A DNA stretch of 39,463 nucleotides. Origin: a virus. Taxonomy: Duplodnaviria > Heunggongvirae > Uroviricota > Caudoviricetes. Positions within the stretch are counted from its first letter, which is position 1. Every line of letters begins with the position of its first letter. The DNA lies in the IMG/VR virus record IMGVR_UViG_2875722834_000003, positions 1 to 39,463 of that record. One strand, written 5' to 3'. Under the pieces are notes generated by a model that had not been told where the DNA came from, did not search any database, and saw only the letters and a program-made list of their open reading frames with translations. A program made the position numbers and the translations under genes. Of the stretch, positions 15,919-25,268 are shown in pieces.

Positions 15919-16538
15919 GACTCGAAAGCGTAGCTAAATTTCATTCGCCAAAAAGCCCGATGATGAGCGACTCACCACGGGCCACGGCTTCTGACTCTCT
16001 TTCCGGTACTGATGTGATGGCTGCTATGGGGATGGCGCAATCACAAGCCGGATTCGGTATGGCTGCATTCTGCGGTAAGCACGAACTCAGCCAGAACGAC
16101 AAACAAAAGGCTATCAACTATCTGATGCAATTTGCACACAAGGTATCGGGGAAATACCGTGGTGTGGCAAAGCTCGAAGGAAATACTAAGGCAAAGGTAC
16201 TGCAAGTGCTCGCAACATTCGCTTATGCGGATTATTGCCGTAGTGCCGCGACGCCGGGGGCAAGATGCAGAGATTGCCACGGTACAGGCCGCGCGGTTGA
16301 TATAGCAAAAACAGAGCAGTGGGGGAGAGTTGTTGAGAAAGAGTGCGGAAGATGCAAAGGTGTCGGCTATTCAAGGATGCCAGCAAGCGCCGCATATCGC
16401 GCTGTAACGATGCTAATTCCAAACCTTACTCAACCCACCTGGTCACGCACTGTTAAGCCGCTGTATGACGCTCTGGTGGTGCAATGCCACAAAGAAGAGT
16501 CAATCGCAGACAACATTTTGAATGCGGTCACACGTTAG
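15915..16538 (+). CDS. Q: Late antiterminator Q (lambda type)
   Basis: 207 aa MRLESVAKFHSPKSPMMSDSPRATASDSLSGTDVMAAMGMAQSQAGFG..., matches recalled lambda Q; followed by a lambda-like pR'. Confidence 0.9.
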   Translation: MRLESVAKFHSPKSPMMSDSPRATASDSLSGTDVMAAMGMAQSQAGFGMAAFCGKHELSQNDKQKAINYLMQFAHKVSGKYRGVAKLEGNTKAKVLQVLATFAYADYCRSAATPGARCRDCHGTGRAVDIAKTEQWGRVVEKECGRCKGVGYSRMPASAAYRAVTMLIPNLTQPTWSRTVKPLYDALVVQCHKEESIADNILNAVTR

Positions 16539-16580
16539 CAGCATGATTTCCACGGATGGCAACATATTAACGGCATGATA

Positions 16581-16609
16581 TTGACTTTTTGAATAAAGTT
16601 GGGTAAATT
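16581..16609 (+). promoter_or_regulatory. Late promoter pR' (-35 TTGACT, 17-bp spacer, -10 TAAATT) with qut region
   Basis: TTGACT at 16581-16586 and TAAATT at 16604-16609, same hexamers and spacing as lambda pR'. Confidence 0.75.
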
Positions 16610-16646
16610 TGACATCAACGATGGATAAATGCACTCGTTAAATAAA

Positions 16647-16675
16647 GCCCTGAGTTAATATCTCGGGGCTTTTTG
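16647..16675 (+). terminator. tR'-like intrinsic terminator
   Basis: GCCCTGAG-ttaatat-CTCGGGGC (8-bp stem with one G-U pair) followed by TTTTT. Confidence 0.6.
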
Positions 16676-16972
16676 CGTTTTAAGCACGGCCTTTCTGAAA
16701 GCACATCAAACCAAATACCAGACAGACAAAAATAATCACCTTATCCGCTGTGGCTACGGTGCGGTGTGCTTTGCATAAAAGAAAACCAGCGCAATGGCTG
16801 GCTTCGTGAAAGCGGGTGGCATGAGGTTGCCCTAACAACCTCCTGCCGTTTTGCCCGTGCATATCGGTCACGAACAAATCTGATTACTAAACACAGTAGC
16901 CTGGATTTGTTCTATCAGTAATCGACCTTATTCCTAATTAAATAGAGCAAATCCCCTTATTGGGGGTAAGAC

Positions 16973-17296
16973 ATGAAGATGACAGAAAAACATGACCTGT
17001 TAGCCGCCATTCTCGCGGCAAAGGAACAAGGCATCGGGGCAATCCTTGCGTTTGCAATGGCGTACCTTCGCGGCAGATATAATGGCGGTGCGTTTACAAA
17101 AACAGTAATCGACGCAACGATGTGCGCCATTATCGCCTGGTTCATTCGTGACCTTCTCGACTTCGCCGGACTAAGTAGCAATCTCGCTTATATAACGAGC
17201 GTGTTTATCGGCTACATCGGTACTGACTCGATTGGTTCGCTTATCAAACGCTTCGCTGCTAAAAAAGCCGGAGTAGAAGATGGTGGAAATCAATAA
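16973..17296 (+). CDS. S: Holin/antiholin S (lambda class I, dual-start Met1-Lys2-Met3)
   Basis: 107 aa [41 protein letters not shown]..., near-identical to recalled lambda S; second ATG at 16979 gives the S105 form. Confidence 0.9.
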   Translation: MKMTEKHDLLAAILAAKEQGIGAILAFAMAYLRGRYNGGAFTKTVIDATMCAIIAWFIRDLLDFAGLSSNLAYITSVFIGYIGTDSIGSLIKRFAAKKAGVEDGGNQ

Positions 17297-17756
17297 TCAA
17301 CGTAAGGCGTTCCTCGATATGCTGGCGTGGTCAGAGGGGACAGATAACGGACGTCAGAAAACCAGAAATCATGGTTATGACGTCATTGTAGGCGGAGAGC
17401 TATTTACCGATTACTCCGATCACCCTCGCAAACTTGTCACGCTAAACCCAAAACTCAAATCAACAGCAGCCGGACGTTACCAGCTTCTTTCCCGTTGGTG
17501 GGATGCCTATCGTAAGCAGCTTGGCCTGAAAGACTTCTCTCCGAAAAGCCAGGACGCTGTGGCACTGCAACAGATTAAAGAACGTGGCGCTTTACCGATG
17601 ATTGATCGCGGTGATATTCGTCAGGCTCTCGACCGTTGCAGCAATATCTGGGCTTCACTGCCGGGGGCTGGTTATGGTCAGTTCGAGCATAAGGCTGACA
17701 ACCTGATTGCAAAATTCAAAGAGGCTGGCGGAACGGTCAGAGAGATTGAGGTATGA
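17280..17756 (+). CDS. R: Endolysin R (lytic transglycosylase, lambda type)
   Basis: 158 aa [42 protein letters not shown]... matches recalled lambda R. Confidence 0.9.
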   Translation: MVEINNQRKAFLDMLAWSEGTDNGRQKTRNHGYDVIVGGELFTDYSDHPRKLVTLNPKLKSTAAGRYQLLSRWWDAYRKQLGLKDFSPKSQDAVALQQIKERGALPMIDRGDIRQALDRCSNIWASLPGAGYGQFEHKADNLIAKFKEAGGTVREIEV

Positions 17757-18190
17757 GCAGAGTAACCGCGATTATCTCTGCTCTGGTTATCTGCATCATC
17801 GTCTGCCTGTCATGGGCTGTTAATCATTACCGTGATAACGCAATCGCCTACAAAGAGCAGCGCGATAAGGCCACATCCACAATCGCTGACATGCAGAAGC
17901 GTCAACGTGATGTAGCAGAACTCGACGCCAGATACACAAAGGAGCTTGCTGATGCTAACGCGACTATCGAAAGTCTCCGTGCTGATGTTTCTGCTGGTCG
18001 TAAGCGCCTGCAAGTCTCCGCCACCTGTGCAAAGTCAACGACCGGAGCCGGCAGCATGGGCGATGGAGAAAGCCCAAGACTTACAGCAGATGCTGAACTC
18101 AATTATTACCGTCTCCGAAGTGGAATCGACAGGATAACCGCGCAGGTTAACTACCTGCAGGAGTACATCAGGACACAATGCCTTCGATGA
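17753..18190 (+). CDS. Rz: Rz i-spanin
   Basis: 145 aa with N-terminal TM segment; [31 protein letters not shown]... like lambda Rz; ATGA overlap with R. Confidence 0.85.
   Translation: MSRVTAIISALVICIIVCLSWAVNHYRDNAIAYKEQRDKATSTIADMQKRQRDVAELDARYTKELADANATIESLRADVSAGRKRLQVSATCAKSTTGAGSMGDGESPRLTADAELNYYRLRSGIDRITAQVNYLQEYIRTQCLR
17952..18137 (+). CDS. Rz1: Rz1 o-spanin lipoprotein, embedded in Rz in the +1 frame
   Basis: ORF track 17946..18137 begins at TTG; ATG 17952 with AAGGAG upstream; lipobox LVVSAC then Pro-rich segment. Confidence 0.7.
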   Translation: MLTRLSKVSVLMFLLVVSACKSPPPVQSQRPEPAAWAMEKAQDLQQMLNSIITVSEVESTG

Positions 18191-18363
18191 TAGCGATAAT
18201 TTTACTCATCATCCTTCACATCTGGCTCTGTAGACAGGGTGGTGATCACTTCTGGAGTGAATCCAGATTAAACATCTCATTGCTGATGCTTGATATTGAG
18301 CATCTGGCGCGCGGTAAGGGGCTGCGTTGAGATAAGAGCCAGTCATTACAAATACCAGGGTTT

Positions 18364-18390
18364 AGCCTCGCATTCGCGGGGCTTTTTTAT
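18364..18390 (+). terminator. Intrinsic terminator downstream of the lysis cassette
   Basis: GCCTCGC-attc-GCGGGGC (7-bp stem with one G-U pair) followed by TTTTTT. Confidence 0.55.
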
Positions 18391-18535
18391 ATCTGCAACA
18401 AACGCGCTTCACACGCGCGACTTCTGAACACAGAACCTTTCAGGATGACCCTTGAGGATGCCGGTTTGGTGATCGGTGCCTTTCTGTGGGCCGGAATCCT
18501 GTGTGACAAGGTTCATCACTAAAAGGTAATCACTG

Positions 18536-19066
18536 ATGAAGTACCCAACAGTTATTGTCAATGGTGTGTCCGTTCGTGTTGATGAGGATGGACGCTACAA
18601 CTTAAACGATCTCCATGCAGCAGCAGTTGCAAATGGAGAGGCTACAGAGCAACAGCGCCCAAGCCAGTTTTTGCGTAGCGCGCAGATAAAACGCTTCATA
18701 AAAGCACTGGAGGCCAAAGTGCAAAAAAGCACTTTGGAACAAATTCAACCACTTAAAATAATCAAAGGTGGTGCAGAACCAGGTGTGTGGGGTGTTGAAC
18801 TTCTGGCAATCAGATATGCAGCATGGATTAAGCCGGAATTTGAAATCGAAGTTTATGAAGTTTTCAAAACGGTTGTCCGTCTCGGCGTTGGCGCAATGTC
18901 CCGTCTGAATAGAATCGATCACATCATCAATACTGAAACCAAAGCGATAAGCCAGTGCGCAAGCCAAATGGCTAAGTGGGGCGTTGGTGGGCGAAAAAGA
19001 TTGCTTCATGTTGCACGCGAGAGAGCGGCAAATGAAGTGCAAATGTATTTGCCCGGGATGGTGTGA
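18536..19066 (+). CDS. KilA-N domain protein (putative)
   Basis: 176 aa; N-terminus ...VRVDEDGRYNLNDLHAAAVANGEATEQQRPSQFLRS... resembles recalled KilA-N consensus; AAAGG leader. Confidence 0.5.
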   Translation: MKYPTVIVNGVSVRVDEDGRYNLNDLHAAAVANGEATEQQRPSQFLRSAQIKRFIKALEAKVQKSTLEQIQPLKIIKGGAEPGVWGVELLAIRYAAWIKPEFEIEVYEVFKTVVRLGVGAMSRLNRIDHIINTETKAISQCASQMAKWGVGGRKRLLHVARERAANEVQMYLPGMV

Positions 19067-19322
19067 TTTCGCAGGTTAATCCAGTTTTTGCATTACGGCA
19101 GCACCGCGAAACAACCCAAGCCAGTAAGTGGGGAAATAACACTGGCAGCCACTGAAAGATGAACCTCCAGCCTTATGGCAAAAAAGATTCTTTGTGGTGG
19201 CGGACTGATGGAAAGACATCGGTTATTGCAGAGACCATTCAATGGGTGGTCTCGACAATGGCTTATACCCTACACGGGATAACTTAACTGATATCCCTTT
19301 TAACGGATAAACGGAGCCAACA

Positions 19323-19565
19323 ATGGCAGAGATTATTCCCATGACTGAAGAACAGAAATTCCAGTTAGAGATTTACAAACTGGTCATGAACCAGAACGCA
19401 GCCGCAGAAGAAGCATTTCAGTTCATTGGCACTGACGAGCTGAAGCTTGAGCTATTCAAAATTCACTTCCAGTCAGGTGGCGCTAATTCAGATATCACGA
19501 CCCGCACAATCGAAGCGGTACGTAAATCGAAGGAAGCGTTAGACCTGTTCACCGCTGGAGTGTGA
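19323..19565 (+). CDS. Hypothetical protein (80 aa)
   Basis: ORF track; ACGGAG leader; no motif recognised. Confidence 0.5.
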   Translation: MAEIIPMTEEQKFQLEIYKLVMNQNAAAEEAFQFIGTDELKLELFKIHFQSGGANSDITTRTIEAVRKSKEALDLFTAGV

Positions 19566-19566
19566 T

Positions 19567-19956
19567 ATGGCTAAGGCCAAATGGCACAAACTCCCGGCGT
19601 TCACCATTCCGCTGTTTCAAAGTGCACACGTCTACCTCGCAACAACCAGAGAACAGTTTCAGCACGCTGATAAATTCCTTGGCGGCAGCGGGGATGAGAA
19701 GCCATTCAATCTTGGGCTTGCAAGCAACTATGAAAACACTGATACGGGTGAGCGATGCTATCTGATTGGAGTATTCGATCAGCAGATCGCTACGCTCGTT
19801 CATGAGTGCGCCCACGTCTGCTTTTACGTTTGCTCTGATGTCGGCGTGACGACAAGGCCTGAAGATGCCAACGAGACGTACTGTTACATGCTGGACAGGA
19901 TGGTTAATCACTTCCTGCCATTCATTCAGGAGAAACAAGATGTATCACTGGAATAA
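19567..19956 (+). CDS. Hypothetical protein with HExxH motif (129 aa), possible zincin-like metallopeptidase
   Basis: ORF track; ATG 1 nt after the previous stop; HECAH motif in ...IATLVHECAHVCFYV... Confidence 0.5.
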   Translation: MAKAKWHKLPAFTIPLFQSAHVYLATTREQFQHADKFLGGSGDEKPFNLGLASNYENTDTGERCYLIGVFDQQIATLVHECAHVCFYVCSDVGVTTRPEDANETYCYMLDRMVNHFLPFIQEKQDVSLE

Positions 19957-20134
19957 TCAATCCCCTTATTGCCAATGCCAACGCTGCCCGTGCTGCGGGA
20001 AGATTGTTAACCAATTTACTGGCAACAATTTCTTCAAGACTGGTTATGGATATGGTGTTGCGGGTAGCGTTAATTGCTCTGGGGCTGCTGCTGAAACGAC
20101 ATCAAACACAGGCAAGCAGGAAGGAGCTAAGTAA
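19940..20134 (+). CDS. Hypothetical Cys-rich small protein (64 aa)
   Basis: ORF track 19865..20134; internal ATG 19940 has AGGAGA 6 nt upstream; MYHWNNQSPYCQCQRCPCCGKIV...; stop overlaps the ATG of a 29-aa ORF (20134..20223) that has AGGAAGGAG upstream. Confidence 0.4.
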   Translation: MYHWNNQSPYCQCQRCPCCGKIVNQFTGNNFFKTGYGYGVAGSVNCSGAAAETTSNTGKQEGAK

Positions 20135-20228
20135 TGGTAATCAAAGTTTGTTCATGCTCTCAGGGCTTCGACAACCCATCCAAATTCCGCGAAGAGTGGG
20201 ATAAGCAAACAGAAGGGAAATAATCAAT

Positions 20229-20654
20229 ATGGCGACTGAGAAAAAGAATGTCGGTCGCCCTTCGGATTACCTGCCGGAGGTGGCTGATGATATCTGTGCG
20301 CTGCTTGCCTCCGGGGAAAGTCTGGTTAAGGTTTGCAAGCGCCCCGGCATGCCAGCAAAGGCTACTGTATTTCGCTGGCTGTCAGAGCATGACGAATTTA
20401 GAGACAAGTACGCGAAGGCAACTGAGGCGCGAGCTGATTCTATTTTCGAAGAGATATTCGAAATTGCTGACACTGCGATTCCAGATGCTGCTGAGGTGGC
20501 AAAGGCAAGACTTCGCGTTGATACCCGCAAATGGGCGCTGGCCCGAATGAATCCCCGTAAGTATGGCGACAAGGTAACTAACGAGCTTGTCGGCAAAGAC
20601 GGCGGCGCAATCCAGATTGAAACATCACCGATGAGCACTCTATTCGGAAAATGA
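20229..20654 (+). CDS. Terminase small subunit (Sf6 gp1 type)
   Basis: 141 aa MATEKKNVGRPSDYLPEVADDICALLASGESLVKVCKRPGMPAKATVFRWL... resembles recalled Sf6 small terminase; directly precedes TerL. Confidence 0.8.
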   Translation: MATEKKNVGRPSDYLPEVADDICALLASGESLVKVCKRPGMPAKATVFRWLSEHDEFRDKYAKATEARADSIFEEIFEIADTAIPDAAEVAKARLRVDTRKWALARMNPRKYGDKVTNELVGKDGGAIQIETSPMSTLFGK

Positions 20655-22066
20655 CTTCGATTAATCCTATCTTTGAACCGTTCATTGAGGCGCATCGCTA
20701 CAAAGTCGCCAAAGGCGGTCGAGGTAGCGGTAAATCATGGGCAATTGCGAGGCTGCTTGTTGAAGCGGCGCGCCGGCAGCCAGTGCGTATTCTCTGCGCT
20801 CGTGAACTGCAAAACAGTATCAGCGATTCGGTAATCCGGTTGCTTGAAGACACCATAGAGCGGGAAGGGTATTCGGCTGAGTTTGAAATTCAGCGTTCAA
20901 TGATTCGTCATCTCGGAACAAATGCTGAATTCATGTTCTACGGCATCAAAAACAATCCGACGAAGATTAAATCTCTCGAAGGCATTGATATCTGCTGGGT
21001 GGAAGAAGCGGAAGCGGTAACGAAGGAATCATGGGATATCCTGATACCAACCATCCGTAAGCCGTTCTCTGAAATATGGGTGAGCTTTAACCCGAAGAAC
21101 ATCCTCGACGATACCTATCAGCGATTCGTCGTAAATCCTCCCGATGATATTTGTTTGCTGACAGTGAACTACACCGACAACCCGCATTTTCCTGAAGTTC
21201 TCCGTCTGGAGATGGAAGAGTGTAAACGCAGAAATCCGACACTGTATCGTCACATCTGGCTTGGTGAGCCGGTAAGCGCAAGTGATATGGCAATCATCAA
21301 ACGTGAATGGCTTGAAGCTGCAACCGATGCGCACAAGAAACTCGGATGGAAAGCGAAAGGCGCTGTTGTTTCTGCACATGACCCATCAGATACAGGGCCG
21401 GATGCCAAAGGTTATGCATCGCGCCACGGTTCGGTAGTTAAGCGCATTGCCGAAGGTCTGCTGATGGACATCAACGAGGGTGCTGACTGGGCTACTTCGC
21501 TGGCGATTGAAGACGGCGCTGACCATTACCTGTGGGATGGTGATGGTGTTGGTGCCGGGCTACGCAGACAGACAACGGAAGCGTTCTCCGGCAAGAAAAT
21601 CACCGCCACGATGTTCAAGGGCAGCGAATCGCCATTCGATGAAGATGGGCCGTATCAGGCCGGAGCATGGGCTGATGAAGTCGTACAGGGTGACAACGTT
21701 CGCACTATTGGTGATGTGTTCCGCAATAAGCGAGCACAATTCTATTACGCGCTGGCTGACAGGCTGTATCTGACATATCGGGCGGTTGTTCACGGTGAGT
21801 ATGCAGACCCAGACGACATGCTGAGTTTCGACAAAGAAGCGATAGGCGAGAAGATGCTGGAGAAGCTGTTTGCAGAACTGACGCAGATTCAGCGCAAATT
21901 CAATAACAACGGGAAGCTGGAGCTTATGACTAAGGTCGAAATGAAGCAGAAGCTCGGTATTCCATCTCCTAACCTGGCTGATGCGCTGATGATGTGTATG
22001 CATTGCCCGGAGTCGGCTGCGCAACCCGACTATTCCAGTTACTCAATTCCTTGTGGTGTAGGTTGA
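20651..22066 (+). CDS. Terminase large subunit (ATPase/nuclease)
   Basis: 471 aa; Walker A KGGRGSGKS near the N-terminus; ATGA overlap with TerS; P22/Sf6 gene order. Confidence 0.9.
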   Translation: MTSINPIFEPFIEAHRYKVAKGGRGSGKSWAIARLLVEAARRQPVRILCARELQNSISDSVIRLLEDTIEREGYSAEFEIQRSMIRHLGTNAEFMFYGIKNNPTKIKSLEGIDICWVEEAEAVTKESWDILIPTIRKPFSEIWVSFNPKNILDDTYQRFVVNPPDDICLLTVNYTDNPHFPEVLRLEMEECKRRNPTLYRHIWLGEPVSASDMAIIKREWLEAATDAHKKLGWKAKGAVVSAHDPSDTGPDAKGYASRHGSVVKRIAEGLLMDINEGADWATSLAIEDGADHYLWDGDGVGAGLRRQTTEAFSGKKITATMFKGSESPFDEDGPYQAGAWADEVVQGDNVRTIGDVFRNKRAQFYYALADRLYLTYRAVVHGEYADPDDMLSFDKEAIGEKMLEKLFAELTQIQRKFNNNGKLELMTKVEMKQKLGIPSPNLADALMMCMHCPESAAQPDYSSYSIPCGVG

Positions 22067-22067
22067 T

Positions 22068-24266
22068 ATGGCAGAAAAAAAGATGACTGACTGGCATCGC
22101 AAGGTGCTGTGCAACTTTGATAATGCCTGGTCAGCAACGCAGGATATGCGTGAGCAGATTATTGAGGCTCAACGTTTCGTACGTGTGTCCGGCGCACAGT
22201 GGGAAGGCAGCACAAACGCTGGTTACTCATTTGATGAAGGCAGGTTTGAGCATTACCCGCGCTTTGAACTGAATAAGATTGCCCGTGAATGTGATCGCAT
22301 CATTGGCGAGTATCGACAGAATCGCATCAGCGTTAAGTTCAGGCCTAAGGATGACAAGGCATCGGAAGCGTTAGCCGAAAAAATGAACGGCAAATTCCGC
22401 GCTGACTATCAGGAAACATCCGGTGGCGAAGCGTGTGATAACGCATTTGATGATGCTGTAACGGGCGGATTCGGTTGTTTCCGCATGTGTGCCGATTACG
22501 AAGATGAAATGGATCCGAGTAACGAGCAACGCCGTATAAGCCTTCTTCCTGTTTACGACCCAGCGACATGCGTCTTCTTTGATCAGGACAGCAAGCAATA
22601 TGACCGCTCTGATGCTATGTGGGCTATGGAAATGTTCTCCATGACGCCTAAAGCGTTCGAGACTGAATACCCTGATTCCATCGCGGCAAGCCTTTCTCGT
22701 GATGACACTGGCACTCAATATGACTGGTCAACGCCAGATGCCATCTATGTTGGTCGCTACTACGAAGTTCGCATAGAGAAGGTGAAGCTCACGGCATGGC
22801 GCAACCCTGTTAGCGGAGAAACGGCAATCTATGATGAAGAGCAAATCAAAGATATTGTCGACGAGCTGACCGATGGCGCATTCGAACTGATTGGTGAGCG
22901 GACAGTGAAGAAACGCAGAGTTTATTGCGGTCTTCTGTCTGGCGCTGAATGGCTGGAAGAACCGAAGCGTATTCCGGGCGAACATATTCCTCTCATCCCG
23001 GTATATGGGCGTCGCTCATTTGTTGATAATCAGGAGCGAATCGAAGGCCACGCAGCAAAAGCGATGGATGCACAGCGTCTTGAGAACCTGATGGTTTCCA
23101 TGATTGCAGATAACGCTACTCAGGCTGGCGGTGATGGCATTCCTATCGTGGATGTTGATTTCATTCCCGGTCCATTAATGAATCACTGGGCAGAGAGAAA
23201 TAAGAAAAGGCCTGCAGTTCTTCCCATGACCAGCAAGAAGGACAAAAACGGAACGGTCATTTCAGAGGCTCAGGTTGCTGGCTGGACACCTCCGACACAA
23301 ATGCCTCCTGCTCTTGCCGGGCTATTGCAGTACACCGGAACGGCTATTCAGCAAATTACAGGTGCGTCGCAGCTTGAGAACATGCCGAGCAACGTCGCTA
23401 CCGATACCGTTGATAGCATCTTTAACCGGATGGACACGCAGTCCTATATCTACATGGACAACATGGCTAAATCCATGCGCCGTGCTGGCGTCGTGTGGCT
23501 TTCTATGGCTCGTGAAGTCTATGGCAGCGATACGCCAATGCGCATCGTTAATGAGGATGGCAGCGATGACGTGGCGCTGATGACTGGTGAAGTGGTTGAC
23601 CGTCAGACAGGGCAGGTTATCGCGCTTAACGACCTTTCGCAGGGTAACTATGAAGTGACTGTCGATGTCGGTCAGTCGTTCGCTACTCGCCGTGATGCAA
23701 CGGTTAAGTCGTTACTTTCCATGCTGGCACTTATCCCGCCAGGAACGCCGAAGCATGACCTTGTATCGTCGATGATTCTCGACAATATGGACGGCGAAGG
23801 GATGGACGACCTGAAAGAATACAACCGCAATCAGTTGCTTCTGTCTGGCGTTATCAAGCCGAGAACGCCTGAAGAACAGCAAATGGTTGAGCAGGCGAAA
23901 CAACAACAGGCCAGTCAGCCAGATCCGGCTATGGTTGCTGCGCAAGGTCAGCTTCTTGCTGGTCAGGCTGAATTGCAGAAAGCGCAGAACGAACAAGCAG
24001 CCATTCAGGTTAAAGCATTCCAGGCACAGACGGATGCTCAGGTTGCTGCGGCAAATGTTGTGAAAATCCTCGCATCTGCCGATAGCCAGCAAAAATCTGA
24101 TATCCGTGAGGCGCTGAAACTGCTCGGACAGTTCCAGCAACAGCAAGGAGATAATGCCCGTGCTGATGCAGAGCTTGTCCTGAAAAGTCAGGCACAGGGC
24201 CATGCGCTGCGCATGGACATCAGCAGCATCCTGCAAAAATCAACTCAGCAACAACCACAGCAGTAA
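22068..24266 (+). CDS. Portal protein (P22 gp1 type)
   Basis: 732 aa, size and position as P22 portal; Gln-rich C-terminal tail. Confidence 0.85.
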   Translation: MAEKKMTDWHRKVLCNFDNAWSATQDMREQIIEAQRFVRVSGAQWEGSTNAGYSFDEGRFEHYPRFELNKIARECDRIIGEYRQNRISVKFRPKDDKASEALAEKMNGKFRADYQETSGGEACDNAFDDAVTGGFGCFRMCADYEDEMDPSNEQRRISLLPVYDPATCVFFDQDSKQYDRSDAMWAMEMFSMTPKAFETEYPDSIAASLSRDDTGTQYDWSTPDAIYVGRYYEVRIEKVKLTAWRNPVSGETAIYDEEQIKDIVDELTDGAFELIGERTVKKRRVYCGLLSGAEWLEEPKRIPGEHIPLIPVYGRRSFVDNQERIEGHAAKAMDAQRLENLMVSMIADNATQAGGDGIPIVDVDFIPGPLMNHWAERNKKRPAVLPMTSKKDKNGTVISEAQVAGWTPPTQMPPALAGLLQYTGTAIQQITGASQLENMPSNVATDTVDSIFNRMDTQSYIYMDNMAKSMRRAGVVWLSMAREVYGSDTPMRIVNEDGSDDVALMTGEVVDRQTGQVIALNDLSQGNYEVTVDVGQSFATRRDATVKSLLSMLALIPPGTPKHDLVSSMILDNMDGEGMDDLKEYNRNQLLLSGVIKPRTPEEQQMVEQAKQQQASQPDPAMVAAQGQLLAGQAELQKAQNEQAAIQVKAFQAQTDAQVAAANVVKILASADSQQKSDIREALKLLGQFQQQQGDNARADAELVLKSQAQGHALRMDISSILQKSTQQQPQQ

Positions 24267-24356
24267 TTAACCCATAACGTGCAATGGCTGTCTTTATGAG
24301 GCCTGGCACCCTATTGCCTTCCGATGGGCTGAACATCGAGTAAACAGGGGTAACAA

Positions 24357-25250
24357 ATGGACCAGATGGCAGAAAACACACCAGAAGTTGAAATCGAAAC
24401 CGACGCGTCAGAGCAGATTCCTGATGATGTCGAACTGGCTGAAGAAGTCGAAACAGAAGATGGCAGTGAGTCCTCCGGCAATGCTGCAGAGGAAGCTACT
24501 GAAACTGATGACGACGAATCAGAACAGGAATTCTACTTTGGTGACGAAAAGCTGGATTCGCCAACCAGCGAAGATGGCGCAGAGCATGGACTGGTAAAAC
24601 ACCTGCGCAAGACGATTAAAGAGAAAGACCGCGAGCTGAAAGAGCTGATGCGTCAGTCTCAGAAACCCGTCGAGCAGCAGCCGGTAATTACTCAACCACC
24701 GCGAATGCCAAAACTGGACGATGAGGACATCGGTTTCGATGAAGAAATTTACCAGCAACGCATGGCTAAGTGGGCAGAGGATAACGGCAAGTACCAGCAA
24801 CAGGAGATGGCTCGCAAGCAGAAGGAGCAGGAGATTCAGGCTGCCTATCAAGAGCGATTATCCAAATATCAGCAACGTGTTAAGGCTCTCAAAGTTCCTG
24901 GCTATCAGGAAGCTGAGCAGGCCGTACTCGAGGAAATTCCCATCGAGACACAAAACGCGATCCTGTTTGAGTCAGAGAAGCCGGAAATCGTTGTTCTGGC
25001 GCTCGGTCGCAACGCTGAACTGCGCAAGCAACTGGCAGAAGCTACCAACCCCGTAGCAATTGGTCGTCTGCTGGAACGTATCGAATCGAAGGCCAGAATC
25101 ATGCCAAAAGCAAAAACCACGGCAGCCACAACCCCGACAGTTAAGGGGAGCAACGGCGCAGTAATCAACAACCTCGACAAACTGAAAGCCAAGGCGCTGG
25201 AAACTGGTGACTGGACGCCGTATTTCGCCGCTAAAAAGGCAAAAAAATAA
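24357..25250 (+). CDS. Scaffolding protein (P22 gp8 type)
   Basis: 297 aa, acidic N-terminus, predicted helical/coiled-coil, basic C-terminal coat-binding tail; between portal and coat. Confidence 0.8.
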   Translation: MDQMAENTPEVEIETDASEQIPDDVELAEEVETEDGSESSGNAAEEATETDDDESEQEFYFGDEKLDSPTSEDGAEHGLVKHLRKTIKEKDRELKELMRQSQKPVEQQPVITQPPRMPKLDDEDIGFDEEIYQQRMAKWAEDNGKYQQQEMARKQKEQEIQAAYQERLSKYQQRVKALKVPGYQEAEQAVLEEIPIETQNAILFESEKPEIVVLALGRNAELRKQLAEATNPVAIGRLLERIESKARIMPKAKTTAATTPTVKGSNGAVINNLDKLKAKALETGDWTPYFAAKKAKK

Positions 25251-25268
25251 CCTATCGGAGCATTAAGC

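Noticed and set aside
16680-16877. 65-aa minus-strand ORF between tR' and S
   Set aside because: Lies in the lambda-like late leader, which is transcribed rightward and matches the non-coding lambda sequence upstream of S as I recall it.
18602-19042. 146-aa minus-strand ORF opposite the KilA-N gene
   Set aside because: Antisense to a gene with a good ribosome-binding site and domain signature; Cys/Phe-rich translation looks spurious.
19549-19938. 129-aa minus-strand ORF mirroring the plus-strand 129-aa HExxH gene
   Set aside because: Begins with TTG and opposes the late-operon direction; the plus-strand frame has an ATG coupled to the upstream stop.
23712-24236. 174-aa minus-strand ORF inside the portal gene
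   Set aside because: Antisense to portal; Leu/Arg-rich low-complexity translation; no start context.
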